The position numbers were made by a program, and so were the translations under genes. The notes under the pieces are model-generated. The model was not told where the DNA came from. It ran no database searches and saw only the letters and a program-made list of their open reading frames with translations. Source: Heterodontus francisci (lineage: Eukaryota). Taken from it: a stretch of DNA of 64,000 nucleotides. The stretch lies in NCBI RefSeq assembly GCF_036365525.1, contig NC_090399.1:18665408-18729407 (forward strand), in the 5' to 3' direction. This document shows, piece by piece, positions 24,039 through 37,584 of this stretch. The stretch's first letter is position 1. Each line of letters starts with the position of its first letter.

Positions 24039-24348
24039 GGGCGGCACAATGGTTAGCACTGCAGCTTCACAGTTCCAGTGACTCGGGCTCAGTTCTGGCT
24101 ACTGCCTGGGTGGAGTCTGCAAGTTCTCCCTGTGACTGTGTGGGTTTCCACCGAGTGCTCCAGTTTCCTCCCACAGCCAAAGACTTGCAGGTTGATAGGT
24201 AAATTGGCCCTTGTAAACTGTCCCTAGTGTAGGAAGGTGGTAGGCTGTGATAGGGAATATGGGATTAATGTAGGATTAGTATAAATGAGTGGTTGTTGGT
24301 CGGCACAGAGTCGGTGGGCCGAAGGGTCTGTTTCAGTGCTGTATCTCT
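24039..24348 (+). mobile_element. tRNA-derived V-SINE (HE1-like)
   Basis: gggcggcac...ggttagcact head, V-domain-like gtgtgggtttcc...gtgctcc(a/g)gtttcctccca, and a CR1-like tail. Confidence 0.85.
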
Positions 24349-24844
24349 ATATGGAAAATAACCCATTACAAAAATAGGAGGCACGAAAAAGCAGTTTTCA
24401 CATCTGCACTGAATTTCCATATATCAAATTCCCAACTGTTACACTCTATCTGTGATACACTCCATCTCTGATCACTCTATGCTCCACAGCCAGAGCACTT
24501 CTTTAAAAAATTCGTCATGGGATGTGAGCGTCGGTGGCTGGACCAGCAGTTGTTGCCCATCCCTAATTGCCCTTGAACTGAGTGGCCATTTTAGAGAGCA
24601 TTTAAGAGTCAAGCGCATTTCTAGAGACACATGTAGGTCAGACATGAGAATGGTAGACTTCCTTTCTAAATGACATTAGTGAATCAGATGCGTTTTCACA
24701 ACAATCAAAAATGGCTTTATGATCATCATTAGACGATGTTTTTATTTTAAATTCCAGAATGTAATAACTGAATTCAAATTTTGCCATCTGCCATGGTGGG
24801 ATTTAAAGCCACGTCACCAGAACATTAGCCTGGGCCTCTGGTTA

Positions 24845-25196
24845 TTTTTTTTTTAGAGATACAGCACTGAAACAGGCCCTTCGGCCCACCGAGTCTGTGC
24901 CAACCATCAACCCCCCATTTATACTAATCCTACACTAATCCCATATTCCTACCAAACATCCCCACCTGTCCCTATACTTCCCTACCACCTACCTATACTA
25001 GTGGCAATTTATAATGGTCAATTTACCTATCAACCTGCAAGTCTTTTGGCTTGTGGGAGGAAACCGGAGCACCCAGAGAAAACCCACGCAGACACAGGGA
25101 GGACTTGCAAACTCCACACAGGCAGTACCCAGAATCGAACCCAGGTCCCTGGAGCTGTGAGGCTGCAGTGCTAACCACTGCACCACTGTGCCGCCC
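24845..25196 (-). mobile_element. tRNA-derived V-SINE (HE1-like), inserted into another SINE-like element (24510-25235)
   Basis: Reverse complement of 24039-24348 with an A tail. The host sequence resumes as tagtccagtgacattaccact. Confidence 0.85.
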
Positions 25197-25326
25197 TAAT
25201 AGTCCAGTGACATTACCACTATGCCACCGCCTCTGCCTATAGGCATACAGTTCTGGTCACCTCATTACAGTAAGGATCTGATTGCACTAGAGAAGATACA
25301 AACGAGATTAACAAGGATGTTACCAA

Positions 25327-27010
25327 TATTACGATCAAGTGAGTAGAGGTAGAAGGGCTTACCTCTTTTCCCTCGCCTTGTTTGATAATAACAGGTTTAA
25401 TTCTTTCACAAAGTGGTCATACCGACCAGTTCTTTAGCTGTTTGATTACTTACTTGTTATGATCACAACAAAAAGCAATCGGACCGGTTTTCTTGAGTTA
25501 GCAAAGAAAGAAACTTTACTGCACCACACCTCTCTATAAAAATTATAAACTACGCGCCAACTTACACTCACTTGCACACTCTGATACAAATAGGTTACAG
25601 AGTCGGGAAAGGCAGATTGGTTGAGTTAGAATCCATCAATTCAACAAGGTATACAGTTTGTTAAGGTTGTTGATTTGGCTGGCTTCCAGCTGAATTCAGT
25701 AGTCGTGAGGCTTTTAGTTTGCAGATGTAGATGACTGATTCTCTGGGTTTGTTGGAGGTAGCGATGTGGATGATTTTCTCTTTTCACGCTTCTGGTGTAG
25801 CGGGAGTATGGAAAGGTGGTCAGTCAACAGATGGAGATGGCATGAGGAGGACAGTAACTGCAGTGAGAAAAGGACACCAGCAGATGGAGATGGTGAGAGG
25901 GGGCAGTAACTGCAGTGAGTCAAGGACACCAGCAGATGGAGATGGTGAGAAGGGACAGTAACTGCAGTGAGACAGGGACACCAGCAGATGGAGATGGTGA
26001 GAGGAGCTATTAACTGCAGTGAGACAAGGACACCAGCAGATGGAGATGGTGAGAAGGGACAGTAACTGCAGTGAGCCAAGGACACCAGCAGATGGAGATG
26101 GTGAGAAGGAACAGTAACTGCAGTGAGACAGGGACACCAGCAGATGAAGGTAGTGAGAGTAGGCAGTAACTGCAGGGAGACAAGGGCGCTAGCAGATGGA
26201 GATGGTGAGAGGGGGACAGTAACTGCAGTGAGACAGGGACACCAGCAGATGGAGATGGTGAGATGGGGCAATAACTTGGAAGCATTATCAACTGTGAGAA
26301 GGATAGTGTAGAACTACAAAAGGTCATAGCCAAGTTAGTGAAATGGGCAGTCAGGTGTCAGATGACGTTCAATGCAGAGAAATGTGAAGTGATTCATTCT
26401 GGTAGGAAGAACATGGAGAGACAATGTAAAATAAAGAGTACAATTCAAAAGAGGGTGCAGGAGCAGAGGGATCTAGGTGTATATGTACATAAGTCATTGA
26501 AGGTGGCAGGTGTTTCAAGTTTTCTATCTTTTATCCATCTGATTGTCCTTCCCTCTTGTCTGTCCCAACATATTCGCAGTTCTTTAATTAAGCTGAATGC
26601 AGAAGGCTAGTTCCCTTACATGGAACATGTTTCATAACCTTGAATAAAACGTTTTGATCAGTTGTGATACAGTGTATGTTCACACTCTTCTGAGTTGCAT
26701 TAGCCATTCCATGTAATGGTGCTGTCAGCGTGATTGACCATGTCTTGCACCCACCCAGTCTTCAGTGCATCATCATCACCATACATTCCATATAGTAATT
26801 GCCTCATGAGTGACTGATCACATTTGCACTTATAGAGGTATCCCAAGGTCAAACCACACGTGACATCAGACACAGGCCATTCTTGTGCATCGGGGTTATT
26901 TGATCATTAGATCGGGGTGTCTTGGGGTCTTTGATCTTCCCCTGCATGTTTGTGGCCAGGCTACAAAATGCATGTTCTCACTGTTCAGTATAGTTAAGGA
27001 CACAACCATC
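25327..27010. mobile_element. Probable LTR-like relic interrupted by a 52-bp array and a CR1 fragment
   Basis: The start resembles (tg)ttacga-type LTR ends. The CR1 RT piece WAVRCQMTFNAEKCEVIH is at 26270-26510. Boundaries uncertain. Confidence 0.35.
25820..26270. repeat. 52-bp minisatellite, about 8 copies
   Basis: acaccagcagatggagatggtgaga recurs at ~25874, 25926, 25978, 26030, 26082 and 26134. Confidence 0.92.
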
Positions 27011-27469
27011 TCGAAGACAAAGCTATCAATTAAATATTTGTAACAATACTTTCCGAACTTTCACTGGATTGTGTACTGATACCACATTGTGATATGTTGG
27101 TGAATCGCGCCCAGGTGATTTGTGTAACTCTAGATGCAGTCGCAAATCTTTTCCTGAAAATCTTTGTTTCAGGTTCCATATATTCACCCATGAATTTCGA
27201 GGCCCGACTCAATTGGTGATCAAGTGATGCTAAAAATAAAAGTTTTAAAGTAATGTTTTAAAGAAGGTTGCCTGGAAGGCTGATTGAGAAGCTTTGTGTG
27301 ACAACGTAAACAACTTGGGAGAGACCAGTATTAAGTTAGCCATCCAGACACCAGAGAAGAACATACATGTTGCATCATAGTGATCAGTGTAAACCCTGCA
27401 TTAGAAAGGAACAGGTGTTGAATTGAGAATAAATGTCATATTTGGTATTATGTCTGCAGGTAAAGGAGC

Positions 27470-27740
27470 GACTAAGATGTCGTAGGTTATGCTACTACTC
27501 CTGTTCGGGAATCGTATTTTTGGGAATGGACCCCTGATATCCTTTGTATCCTTACAATGAAAGGCCCCAGATACAAACCTGTAGGGTTGGTGTCGAACAG
27601 ACAACCTGCCATTATACACCACAAAACTACGAAGTTGAATAAGAACAGGACTTTTTGCTTTGTATACACTTATACCAGCTCCATAGATGTCGCCTTTCAC
27701 AAAGTAGAAGCAAATGGATCAGCAGGGAATTAGAAAAGAA
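27470..27740 (-). pseudogene. Probable decayed immunoglobulin V-set domain exon
   Basis: With two to three frameshifts: SFLIPC (Cys 27724-27722), SWYK (Trp 27677-27675), YNGRLSV, IVRIQRI and HSQKYDS (TAC GAT TCC is two changes from Y-Y-C). Cys-Trp spacing ~15 codons and Cys to presumed Cys ~71 codons fit a V-set fold. Confidence 0.42.
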
Positions 27741-30067
27741 GCACTGAGGATTAAGAATCACAACAAAATGTTACAAAGTTTTGTTGGTCTAAATGTCTTC
27801 CCCTGTGTATTTATTAGCAGGCATAAAATAACAATTGACAGGAGCTTGACCCATGGCACTCGTTAACACAATCAAACTGATAAGTAGCACACTTTATTAG
27901 TCAGTGTATTCATTGTAGACAATAAAATAATTAACTATAACTTTATTCCACTACCAATTGTTTCTCATAATCAAATGTGACAATGAACCATAATTTGATA
28001 ATTTATTATATCAAATTCAAATAACTGTAACATTTGTGTCCTGTGTGTTGCTGAATGTGCCAATTTTATAATTAACTGCAACACTGTTAACCTGTAGATA
28101 GTTATCCTGACTATTTTAACAATTAACTGTAGCTGCTTAACACATACACTCGTCATCGGGAACAATTTAACAATTCACAAAGACCAAGTAATTTAATTTA
28201 GCTATCCAATCGATTTTTTTATATCCATTTGAACAAGTGACTGCACTTTTACAGCACTGCATACTGCTTATCTGTCCTATGTAATAATTAACAATAATTT
28301 AATCTTCCTTTGTTTTGGTTATCAAGACTAATTTAACAATTAACTGTCAACTTAATGTCCTGTGTATTGCTAGCAAGCCCAATATTATAATTAATTGTAA
28401 CTTTATACCCAGTGTTTAGGTATCGGGTCCAATTAATTAATGACTTGTAACTTTATTACACTATGTATGACAACTAAATCCCAATTTAAAAGGAAACATA
28501 ATTTTATTCCAACTGTGTATCGGTTTTTATTTAACAACTAATTCTATCCTCATGCACCTGTGTATTGTTACCCAGGCAAATAAAACAATTAGATGTAACT
28601 TTATGCACAATTCAGTAGTAACCATGCCTAATTAAATAATTAACTGTATCTTCATTCCAGTATGCATTGGTTATCAAGCCAGACACAATAATTAACTGTA
28701 ACTTGTATTGCCTTTGTTTTGGTTATCATGTCCAATTAAATAAGCTGTAATTATATTTACCTATGTTTTGGTAGACATGTTCCATTAAATAATTACGTGT
28801 TGATTTATTACCTTGTGTATTGATTATCAAGCCAAATTGAACAATCAACAGCAACTTCTATTCCTCTAAGTATTGGTTATCATATCCAATAATTACTGTA
28901 ATTTTATACCCCTGTATACTGGTTAATAAATACAACTTAGCAATTAACTGCAGCTTTGTACCAGTGTGCATTGTGGTCAGGAGCAATTGAACAACTAACT
29001 CATTTCATTTGCAAATGCATTCGTTGTATGCAAATGAATAATTAATTAATTGAAAATTGATTCCCTACTTATTATTTATCAGATGCCAAAATAACTATTA
29101 ACTTTAATTTTATGTATCAATTTATTATTTACCATATCAAATTTAAATAACTAACTTTCTTCATATGTATTGCTTAATCTGTTCAGTTTTATAATTTATT
29201 GTGACACTATTAGATGTCATGTCAAGTCTAACAATTAACTTTGTTGTTTTACACAAGTGCACTTGGTATCACGACCAATTATCAATTATTTCATTTTAAT
29301 AGTTAGTGTATGTACAATTGAGCAATGAGCTGTAACTTTATTTCCCTGAATAATTTTATCATAATCCAATATAACAATGAGCTGCATTTTTATGAACTTG
29401 GGTGTAAATTTTTATATTAAATTAAATAACGGTAACTTTTTTTACTTGTGAATTGCTTAAGATGCAAGATTTTAGAATTAGCTGGTATGCTCTAAACCTG
29501 TGTGTTAGTTATCATGCGCAATTTAATGACTGAGTGTTTCCATACACCCCATGTACAGGCTGTCATGAGCAATTAAATAGTTTTATTATGTAGTGTATTT
29601 TGTCATATTCAATTAAACAGTTAACTGCAAATTTAGCCTTCTGCGTACTTTACCTGATGCAATTTAACAATTAACTATAACTTTATTGTGCTTTGCATTG
29701 GTTACCATTCTCAATTCAACTATACCTGTAGCTTTATTCCACAGTACATTGGTCTTCAAGCTCAACTTAACAAATAAGTGTAACCTTACTCCCCTATGTA
29801 CCGTTATCAAGCACAGTATAAAAATTAACTGCAAGTTTATTCTCTGTGCAGTAGTTATCAACCACAATGAACAATTAATTGTAACTTAATATTTAATGTA
29901 TTGGTTATCAGATGTAATTTAGCAATTAACTGTAAATTTATCCAGTCATGCATTGGTTATCATGTCCAATTAAACAATTAACTGTTTAGCTGTAACCATG
30001 TTTTCCTATAGTTAGGAGTGCTTCCATTTACAAAAAATGAAGATTTGTGGGTTGAAATTGAAAAGGA

Positions 30068-30359
30068 ATTAGAATTAGAATTAGAATTGGAACATTACAG
30101 CGCAGTACAGGCCCTTCGGCCCTCGATGTTGCGCCGACCTGTGAAACCATCTGACCTACACTATTCCATTTTCATCCATATGTCTATCCAATGACCACTT
30201 AAATGCCCTTAAAGTTGGTGAGTCTACTACTGTTGCAGGCAGGGCGTTCCACGCCCCTACTACTCTCTGAGTAAAGAAACTACCTCTAACATCTGTCCTA
30301 TATCTATCACCCCTCAAATTAAAGCTATGTGTATAGGAATGTAGCTATATGTAATGTGT
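30068..30359 (-). mobile_element. Short CR1 3'-end insertion in the 5' LTR
   Basis: (attaga)n tail with agga duplicated on both sides. Absent from the 3' LTR (ctgaaaaggagtca). Confidence 0.8.
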
Positions 30360-33300
30360 AGGAGTCCATTGATTTTTTTTACAAGGGTCACTGAGACGTC
30401 TGAACTGTAAACAGTTACTGAAAGGCACCTGTCTTGAAATATTTGTCCAGCAAGTGTTGGTTTTGACTTGGGGAGGATGCTTACAGAAAAATGATAGGTC
30501 AAGATTTATAGGTGTCAGGAGGCTTGACTCATGTGACACTGTTTATGGTTTCACTTTGGGAAGTGAGTTGGGATATGAATAATGGAGCAAAACCCCACCG
30601 CAGTCTGTTCCAGCCCTTTGAAAAAGGCATGCTAGTTATCCATCTCATGAGAAGCTGAGAAGCAAATGTAAGAACTGTGCCTCAAACCCCTGATACTGCA
30701 TTTTCCCTGGAAAGCCTGCCCATAATGATCTTCAATGTCACCTGACAAGAACAAATCTAGGAAGATCCCAGTGAGAGCTGTCTACGCGTATCTGGGAGGC
30801 CAAACCAAAAAGGATTTCTGACATATTTTCATATCTTCTCTTTTTTCTTCAAGAGTTAGCAAGTATTTTGACTAACATATTTTTGTCTGTTTTTGTACTA
30901 TTGTAAATTGTAAAGAGTAAATTGCTTTATTTTTTCCCGTTAACCAGTGTATGTATGAATATGTATGTGTGAGTGTGTGGGTGGGTGGGTGGGTGGGGGT
31001 TGGGTGCTATGGTAAAAATCAAACTTTTATATTTCGATCTCTGTGGTTGTGCTTTGCTCCATTACTGGTTAAGACCTGTTTTATAATGAATTGATAATTT
31101 TGTTGTTTATTAAACAATACTGGTTGGTGTGTATTATTCTGGAATAAAAATAGAGTCTATGATTTACTGTATCAGTAAGTGGGGGGAAAATAAATATATG
31201 TTCTGACCTGTGGAGAAGTGGAACTAGAAGGAACAGTGCACTCCTCCCACCTCGGTCGCAATATATAATTGGGGGTCTTTGCAGGATACCCCAACTCTTA
31301 TGACATGCAATTATACGTGGGGTAAAAATAATTGAAAAGATGGGAAAATAAAGGTTTATTGTGCAGTAGATTAAAGTTTACACTTCGGCAATGTCTCGAC
31401 CAGTGGCTGTGAGGTTTCTGGGGATGGAAGATGTGTCCCTGAGTGATTTGAGAAACTTAGCCAAGGTTAAATAGAGGACTTGTCAGAGCTATTGGTGTTG
31501 GGAGTTAAAACCAGGAACTAAAAAAACAGAATAATTGAAGTAATAACAAACCATTTGAAAATAGAAGAAGGCAAACCAGAGAGTAATGCAGTTGAATTAG
31601 ATAAAATTCGGTTGCAGATGAAGCAGCTGGAGCTGGAACAGGAAAACGAGCTGAAAAAGACTTGAACTTGAACAAGAAAGAGAATTAGAATGAAGAAACG
31701 TGAACTTGAAAGAGTGGAAAGGGCAAAAGGAAGGGGATTAAAATTAGAAGAGCTGCAACTAAGACAACAGGGTGGTCTTGACTTCAAGGAAAATTCTGAT
31801 GAGGAAAGAAATTACTCCAGCTCAGGACCCAATGGAGTGCTGTTTAAATTTGTGCAAGGTCTAAGTTTGAGGAAAGAGATGTAGGGGCATTTTTCATTTC
31901 TTTTTTTAAAAGATAGCTAAACAGATGAAGTGGACAAAGGAAAGCTAGACACTGTTTATGCAAAGCAGGTTGAAAGGCAGAGCTCATGAAGTTTATGCTA
32001 TGCTTTCTGAAGAGGCTCCTTTAGCTGTTGCGGAGGCTATTCTCACTGTGTATAAGTTAGTCCAACAGAAATTTCAGAACGTCCATAGATGTCTGGGCAG
32101 ACATATATATAATTTAAGAGGGTAAAGCCAATTAATTTTGATCATTGGATCTGGGAACTAAAGGTAGAGGCCACTTATGATAATCTTAGGGAATTAATTA
32201 TACTCTAATAATTTAAAATATCACTCCTTCCATTAGTAAGAACCCAGTAAAGAAACAAAAAGTTTCAACTGCCAGAAAAGCAGAAGAAATTGCTGATGAT
32301 TATGAGTTTGTTTGTCACCCCCACAAGCACAAGACAGAAAGAAGGTGGGAGGGTGAACGAAAGGCAAGTAGCCGAGGACAAGAAGGGACAGCTGGGAACG
32401 CTCCAGGAAATCCTCCTCAGGCCAAAAAAGAAGGTGCTGAGGGTGGAAGCGAGGTCTGTAAGTCTAGGTTTTACCATTGTCACTAGGTCGGACACATTTG
32501 TGCAGAATGCTGTCGCTCTGCCTGCATCTGTAAGGCTAAATACAAAAACCACCATGAGTGCTGTGGTTGTCAATAAGATACCTGAGAATTGTATGGAATT
32601 CTTGTCGAAAGGAAAAGTAACTCCTTATCCATCAAGTGAGGCAGGTAAGCCTAAAGTTATACTTAGGGATACAGGAGCCACACAAACTATTTTGCTGGGG
32701 AAAAGCATAACATTTCCACCAGAAAGTGCACTGAATGCCAAGGTTTTAGTGAATGGTATTGGCGGGAAGTATATATCCATACATTTGAACCAGGTGCACC
32801 TAGAGTGTGACCTAATGTTTGCAATGTCTTGAAAGGTAGCTGTAGGAGTTGGCCACAGTTTGCCAGTAGAATGAGTTGACCTACTCCTGGGGAATGATTT
32901 GTCTTTAGCAAAGGTATTAGCTTCTCTGGTAGTCATGGAAAAAAAACTAATGATGTTAGAGACAGAACAGTTGCAGGAAAAGGTTTTCAGAAATGTTTCC
33001 TTCTGTGTATTCTTTTTCAATCGCTTGTGAGATATGGTCTTCGCTCTCTAGGCCAAAACTTACTGCCGATCCCTAATTGTCCTTGAATGGAGTGGCTTGC
33101 TCGGCCATTTCAGAGAGCATTTTAAGAGTCAACCACATCGTTGTGGATCTTGAGTCACTTGTTGGCCAGACAAGGTCAGGACATCAGATTTCCTTCCCTT
33201 ATGGACATTAGTGAATCAGATATTTTTTTCCCAACAATCAACAATGGGTTCCTGTTCACCATTAGACTAGTTTTCAATTCCAGATTCATAAATTGAATTC

Positions 33301-35017
33301 AAATTTCACCTCTGCCATGGTGGGATTCAAAAGAGCAATAGCTAAACAAGTTCCATTGTCAGAGGTAAAATTGGCACCACAGTCACTTCATTTAGGGATT
33401 TGGATCATCCAAAGGAGATGCTTAATACATCTTCTCTGATCTGGACTCAGCAAGGTGATCCAGGGTTGCCAGAAGTGGCACGATCAGCCCGAACAGAAGC
33501 TGAGGCAAAAGGAATTCCAGAGGCGATTATAATAAAGATGTGGTTCTGATGAAGAAGTGAAGACCTCCTCACAGGCCTGCAGATGAAAAATGGACTGTAG
33601 TTCATCAGATAGTTGTACCACTAAAGTATCAGGCAACTATTAAGAATAGTGCACGAAATTCCTCATTCCTGTATCGGGGCATGTGGGGACCCAGAAACCC
33701 AATAAAGTATAAGTCGACAGTTCCCCTGGCCAGTTCTTTCCAAGTACGTGGTGCAGTTTTGTAAAACATGCCATAAGTGCCACATTGTGAGAAAACCTCA
33801 ACCTGCCATAACACCGGCACCTCTAATTCCCATACCCATTTTTGGTGAACCATTTAGTAGGGTGTTCTCAGATCTTTACCAAAAATAAAAGTGGAACACC
33901 AATATATACTCACTATCATGGATATGGCTACTTGGTTTACGAGAGGTTATTCCCTTGAGAACAAGTTATTAGTGGTATCAAAGTTAACCCAGTTCTTCAC
34001 TAGATATGAATTACCGATTGACATTCGGTTGGATCAAGGTTCCAATTTTCGGTTTAAAATCTTTCAGGAAGTTGTGGGTAATATGGGTACAACACAGTTA
34101 AAGTTTTCAAATACCACCCACAGACACAAGGACCTTTAGAAAGGTAACCTAAGACCCTCAAAACAAGTTACTTTGGCAGCTTGGCAGTTAACTGCCAGTC
34201 ACCATAAACTGGTGCATTCTCCATGGCAACGACTCTACTAGTCAGAGTCAACTTGCCAGTCAATCAGCATTCTCTTCTCATACGGTATAAATTTGTTGTT
34301 TCCTTTACATTGGTATTCTTGCGATTTGTCCTGATGAGTGCAAGAACAAAAGTTTCGACAAAATGTTACTATTTTCAGCAATATTCAAATTATAATTGGC
34401 TGACTTAGTAATTAACCTTGCCTTTTGGCGATGTGTGGTTTCGAACTAATGTTTGTACAAATTTTAGTACTATAGCTGCTCCACAGACAGATCTTCTACA
34501 AAAAAAGAAAACCAAGGTAGCATGGTCAGGGGAGTGCCAAGCATATTTTGAGAGGCTGAAAGTCATTTTGATTAATGAACCAGTGTTGTGTGCTCGATAT
34601 TTCGCTAAGCCCTTCAATGCAGCAATTGACACTAGTGACAGAGGAGCTGATGCAGTCCTGTTACAAGATGATAAATTGGGTAAATTTTCCAAAAAACTAA
34701 ATATACAACAAAAAAGATATTCAGCAGTGGCTCTTAAACATTTTGAAGTCTATGTCTGCCATGCCTACAGAGGGAGACTGGTGTTTACTAATCATAATCC
34801 CCTAGCTTTGTGGAGAAACATAAAAACCAGAATGGCAGAATACGCCAACTGAGTTTACTATTACAACCCTACCACTTAAAGATTCTCCACATTGTTGGCA
34901 AAAAATAATGTAAGTGCAGATGTTCAATCTAGAATCTAACGTTGCTTTGAGTTACTTGAATGCAATGATGGTACAAAGCAGAAGTGTATTAACTACAGAT
35001 AGAGTGAATGAGTATGA

Positions 35018-35157
35018 GGGCTGAATTTTCCTGCTCGACGCCCTGGGTCACGGAAAGGGAGAGGGAGAGGCGCGCCTCAACCCACGACGCAAAGAAGGGC
35101 CCACCGCATATTAATGGCGGTGGCAGGACCTACGTGCGCCACCCCTCCCCCGCCACC

Positions 35158-35188
<31 letters not shown>

Positions 35189-35811
35189 ACACTTCATCAG
35201 CATATGGGAAAAAGCAATTAAAGTATGCAAATGAACTTAACTGCAGGTGGCGGCCGTTCAATTCCAATATTACGACCAACCTTCAGCCTTCACACGCCTT
35301 TGGAATTCCATACGGAGTTACGGGAAAGAACTTGGTGGGGAGGAGGGAGTAATAACATTTTCAGGGCGGGAGGGGTGGAGGAGCGTGGAGACCAATTTTT
35401 ATTGGATGTGGGGATGATGGGAAAGGATTGAAGGGCAGAAGATTGAAGATTGGGGGAAAGTTCAGGTGTTACATAAATTACCTGATGGTCATTTCATTGT
35501 CTGATATGATCATGGTGTGGGAGAGGACTGGAGAAGGGCATCCATCACCTATTTTCAAATGTCATAAAAATCCTTTACACTGTCCCTTTAAAAATTAAAC
35601 ATATTTGTGCCGGCTTAAAGCACTTTAAACATTGTGCAGCCGCCTGTGTGGTGGCAGCAGGGTAGGCAGAGGCGGCCCCCTAATGTCATCGGGGCGGCCG
35701 CTCCACCTCCTCTATTTAAATGAGTCCCCACACATAATATCGCAGAGGTTCAGGGGCACCGCATCTGTGTGGGATGTGCCGCCATCGTGGCACACACATA
35801 AAGTTCAGCCC
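35018..35811. mobile_element. Harbinger-type MITE
   Basis: TIR GGGCTGAATTTT / AAAGTTCAGCCC and a perfect 3-bp TSD TGA (35015-35017 and 35812-35814). Confidence 0.9.
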
Positions 35812-37584
35812 TGATTGTGCAAATGTGTTTTAATTTTTTTCATCTTCTGTTTTTCCACACTTTATAATGAAATACCTTTAAAAATAACGTTTCATACCTC
35901 CAAGCGTGGACGTGTTATTAGTGTCTCCATTTTTGTTATTAAACTTTGAAAATTTGTGGTTTAAAACTGAAAAGGAGTCATTGGATTTATTTTTTTACAA
36001 GGATCAGTGAGCGGTCTGGATTGCAACCAGGTACTGGAAGGCACCCGTCTTCAAATAATTATCCAGCAGGGGTTGTTTTTGACTTGGGGAAGATGTTTAC
36101 AGAGAAGTTGCAAGTCAAGATTTATAGGGGTCAGGAGGCTTGACTCGTGACACTGCTTATGGTTTAGCTTTGGGCAATGAGCTGGCATACGGACAATGGT
36201 TTGAAAAGGCAGTTGAAGAAAATTTGACCCAAGATCAATATCCCACCTGAGTCTGTTCCAGCTCTTTGAAAAAGGGATGCTAGTTATCCAACTCTTGAGA
36301 AGCTGAGAAGCAAGTATAAGAAACTGCCTGAAACCTCAGATACTGCATTTTGCCTGGAAAGCTTGCCACGTCACCTGATAAAAACTATTCTAGGAATATT
36401 CCAGTGAGACCTGTCTATACGTATCTTGGATGCCAAACCAAAAAAGGCTTCTGATATCTTTTCATATGTTCTCTGTTTTTCTTCAAGCATTAGCAAGTAT
36501 TTTGGCCAACATATTCTTTGTCTGTTTTTTGTCCTAGAGCTCTAAAGAGTAAATCTCTTATTTGTTTCAGTGAACTTGTGTATTTGTGTGTGAGATAGTG
36601 TCGAAAGTAAAAGGGAACTTTTATACTCGATCGGTATGTTTATGCTTTGTTTCATTACTGGTAAAATTTTTTTATAATAAACTAATAATTTTGTTGTTCA
36701 TTAAAGAAAACTGGTTGATGTGTGTTACTCTGGGATAATGATACAGTCTATTACTGACAGTACCAGTAAGTGGGGAAAACATTTAAATATACGTTGTGAC
36801 CTGTGGAGAAGTGGAACTAGAATAAACAGTGCACTCCTCCCGCTTCAGTTCTAACACAATGTAATGTTCATCAAGTCACAATTAACAATTAATTGAAAAC
36901 TTATTCCGCTGTTTATTGTTGTCAGTCCAATATAACAATTAACTATAACTTTATATCCTTTTTGCTCTCTATTATGTCCAATTTTACAACTAACAGTAAC
37001 ATTATTTGTTTGTGTATTGGCTATCATATCCAATCAAACAATTAATTATAACATTGTTACCCAGTAAATTGTTATCAAACCCAATATAACAAATAGTTGT
37101 AACTTTATGCACCGATGTATTATCTACCATATCAAATGTAGCTAACAGTATCTTTTCCCTGTGTGTTGCTTCATATGCCCATTTTTATAATTTACTGTAA
37201 CTTCCTTACCTGTGCATTAGTTATCTTGTATAATTTAGGTATCAATTGTAGCTATGCAGAGCATGCACTTGTTACAACGACCAATTAGCAATTAACTAAT
37301 CTTATTAGCTGGTGTTCGGTTATATATGCAATTGAACAATTAACTGCGAATACATGCCTCAGCACATTGCTTAGCAGGTCAAATTTTAAAATAACTGTAA
37401 CTCATTAACACAGTGCACGAATTATTAAGCCCAATTTAACAATGAACTGTAACTACGTTCCTATTACAGAAGTTTTCAAGCACAATGAACAATTTATCGT
37501 CTCTTAATCCCCTGTGTATTTAACAACTAAGTATCAACTTATTCCCCTGTGCATTGTTATCAAATCCAATATAGCAATTAACGC

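Larger units (their letters stand above)
30010..36856 (+). mobile_element. Decayed Gmr1-like Gypsy LTR retrotransposon (gag-PR-IN-[RT]-RH)
   Basis: Related LTRs at 30010-31262 and 35913-36856, flanked by ctat and caat. PBS-like ttgggggtc follows the 5' LTR. Gag-like FFISF...QSRLKGRAHEVY (~31880-32010), protease ILRDTGA (~32660), integrase YILTIMDMAT...DQGSNF (33891-34139), then RNase H FNAAIDTSDRGADAVLLQ (34418-34852). Confidence 0.85.

Noticed and set aside
24039-24110. tRNA gene
   Set aside because: It is the tRNA-derived head of a V-SINE and continues into the SINE body.
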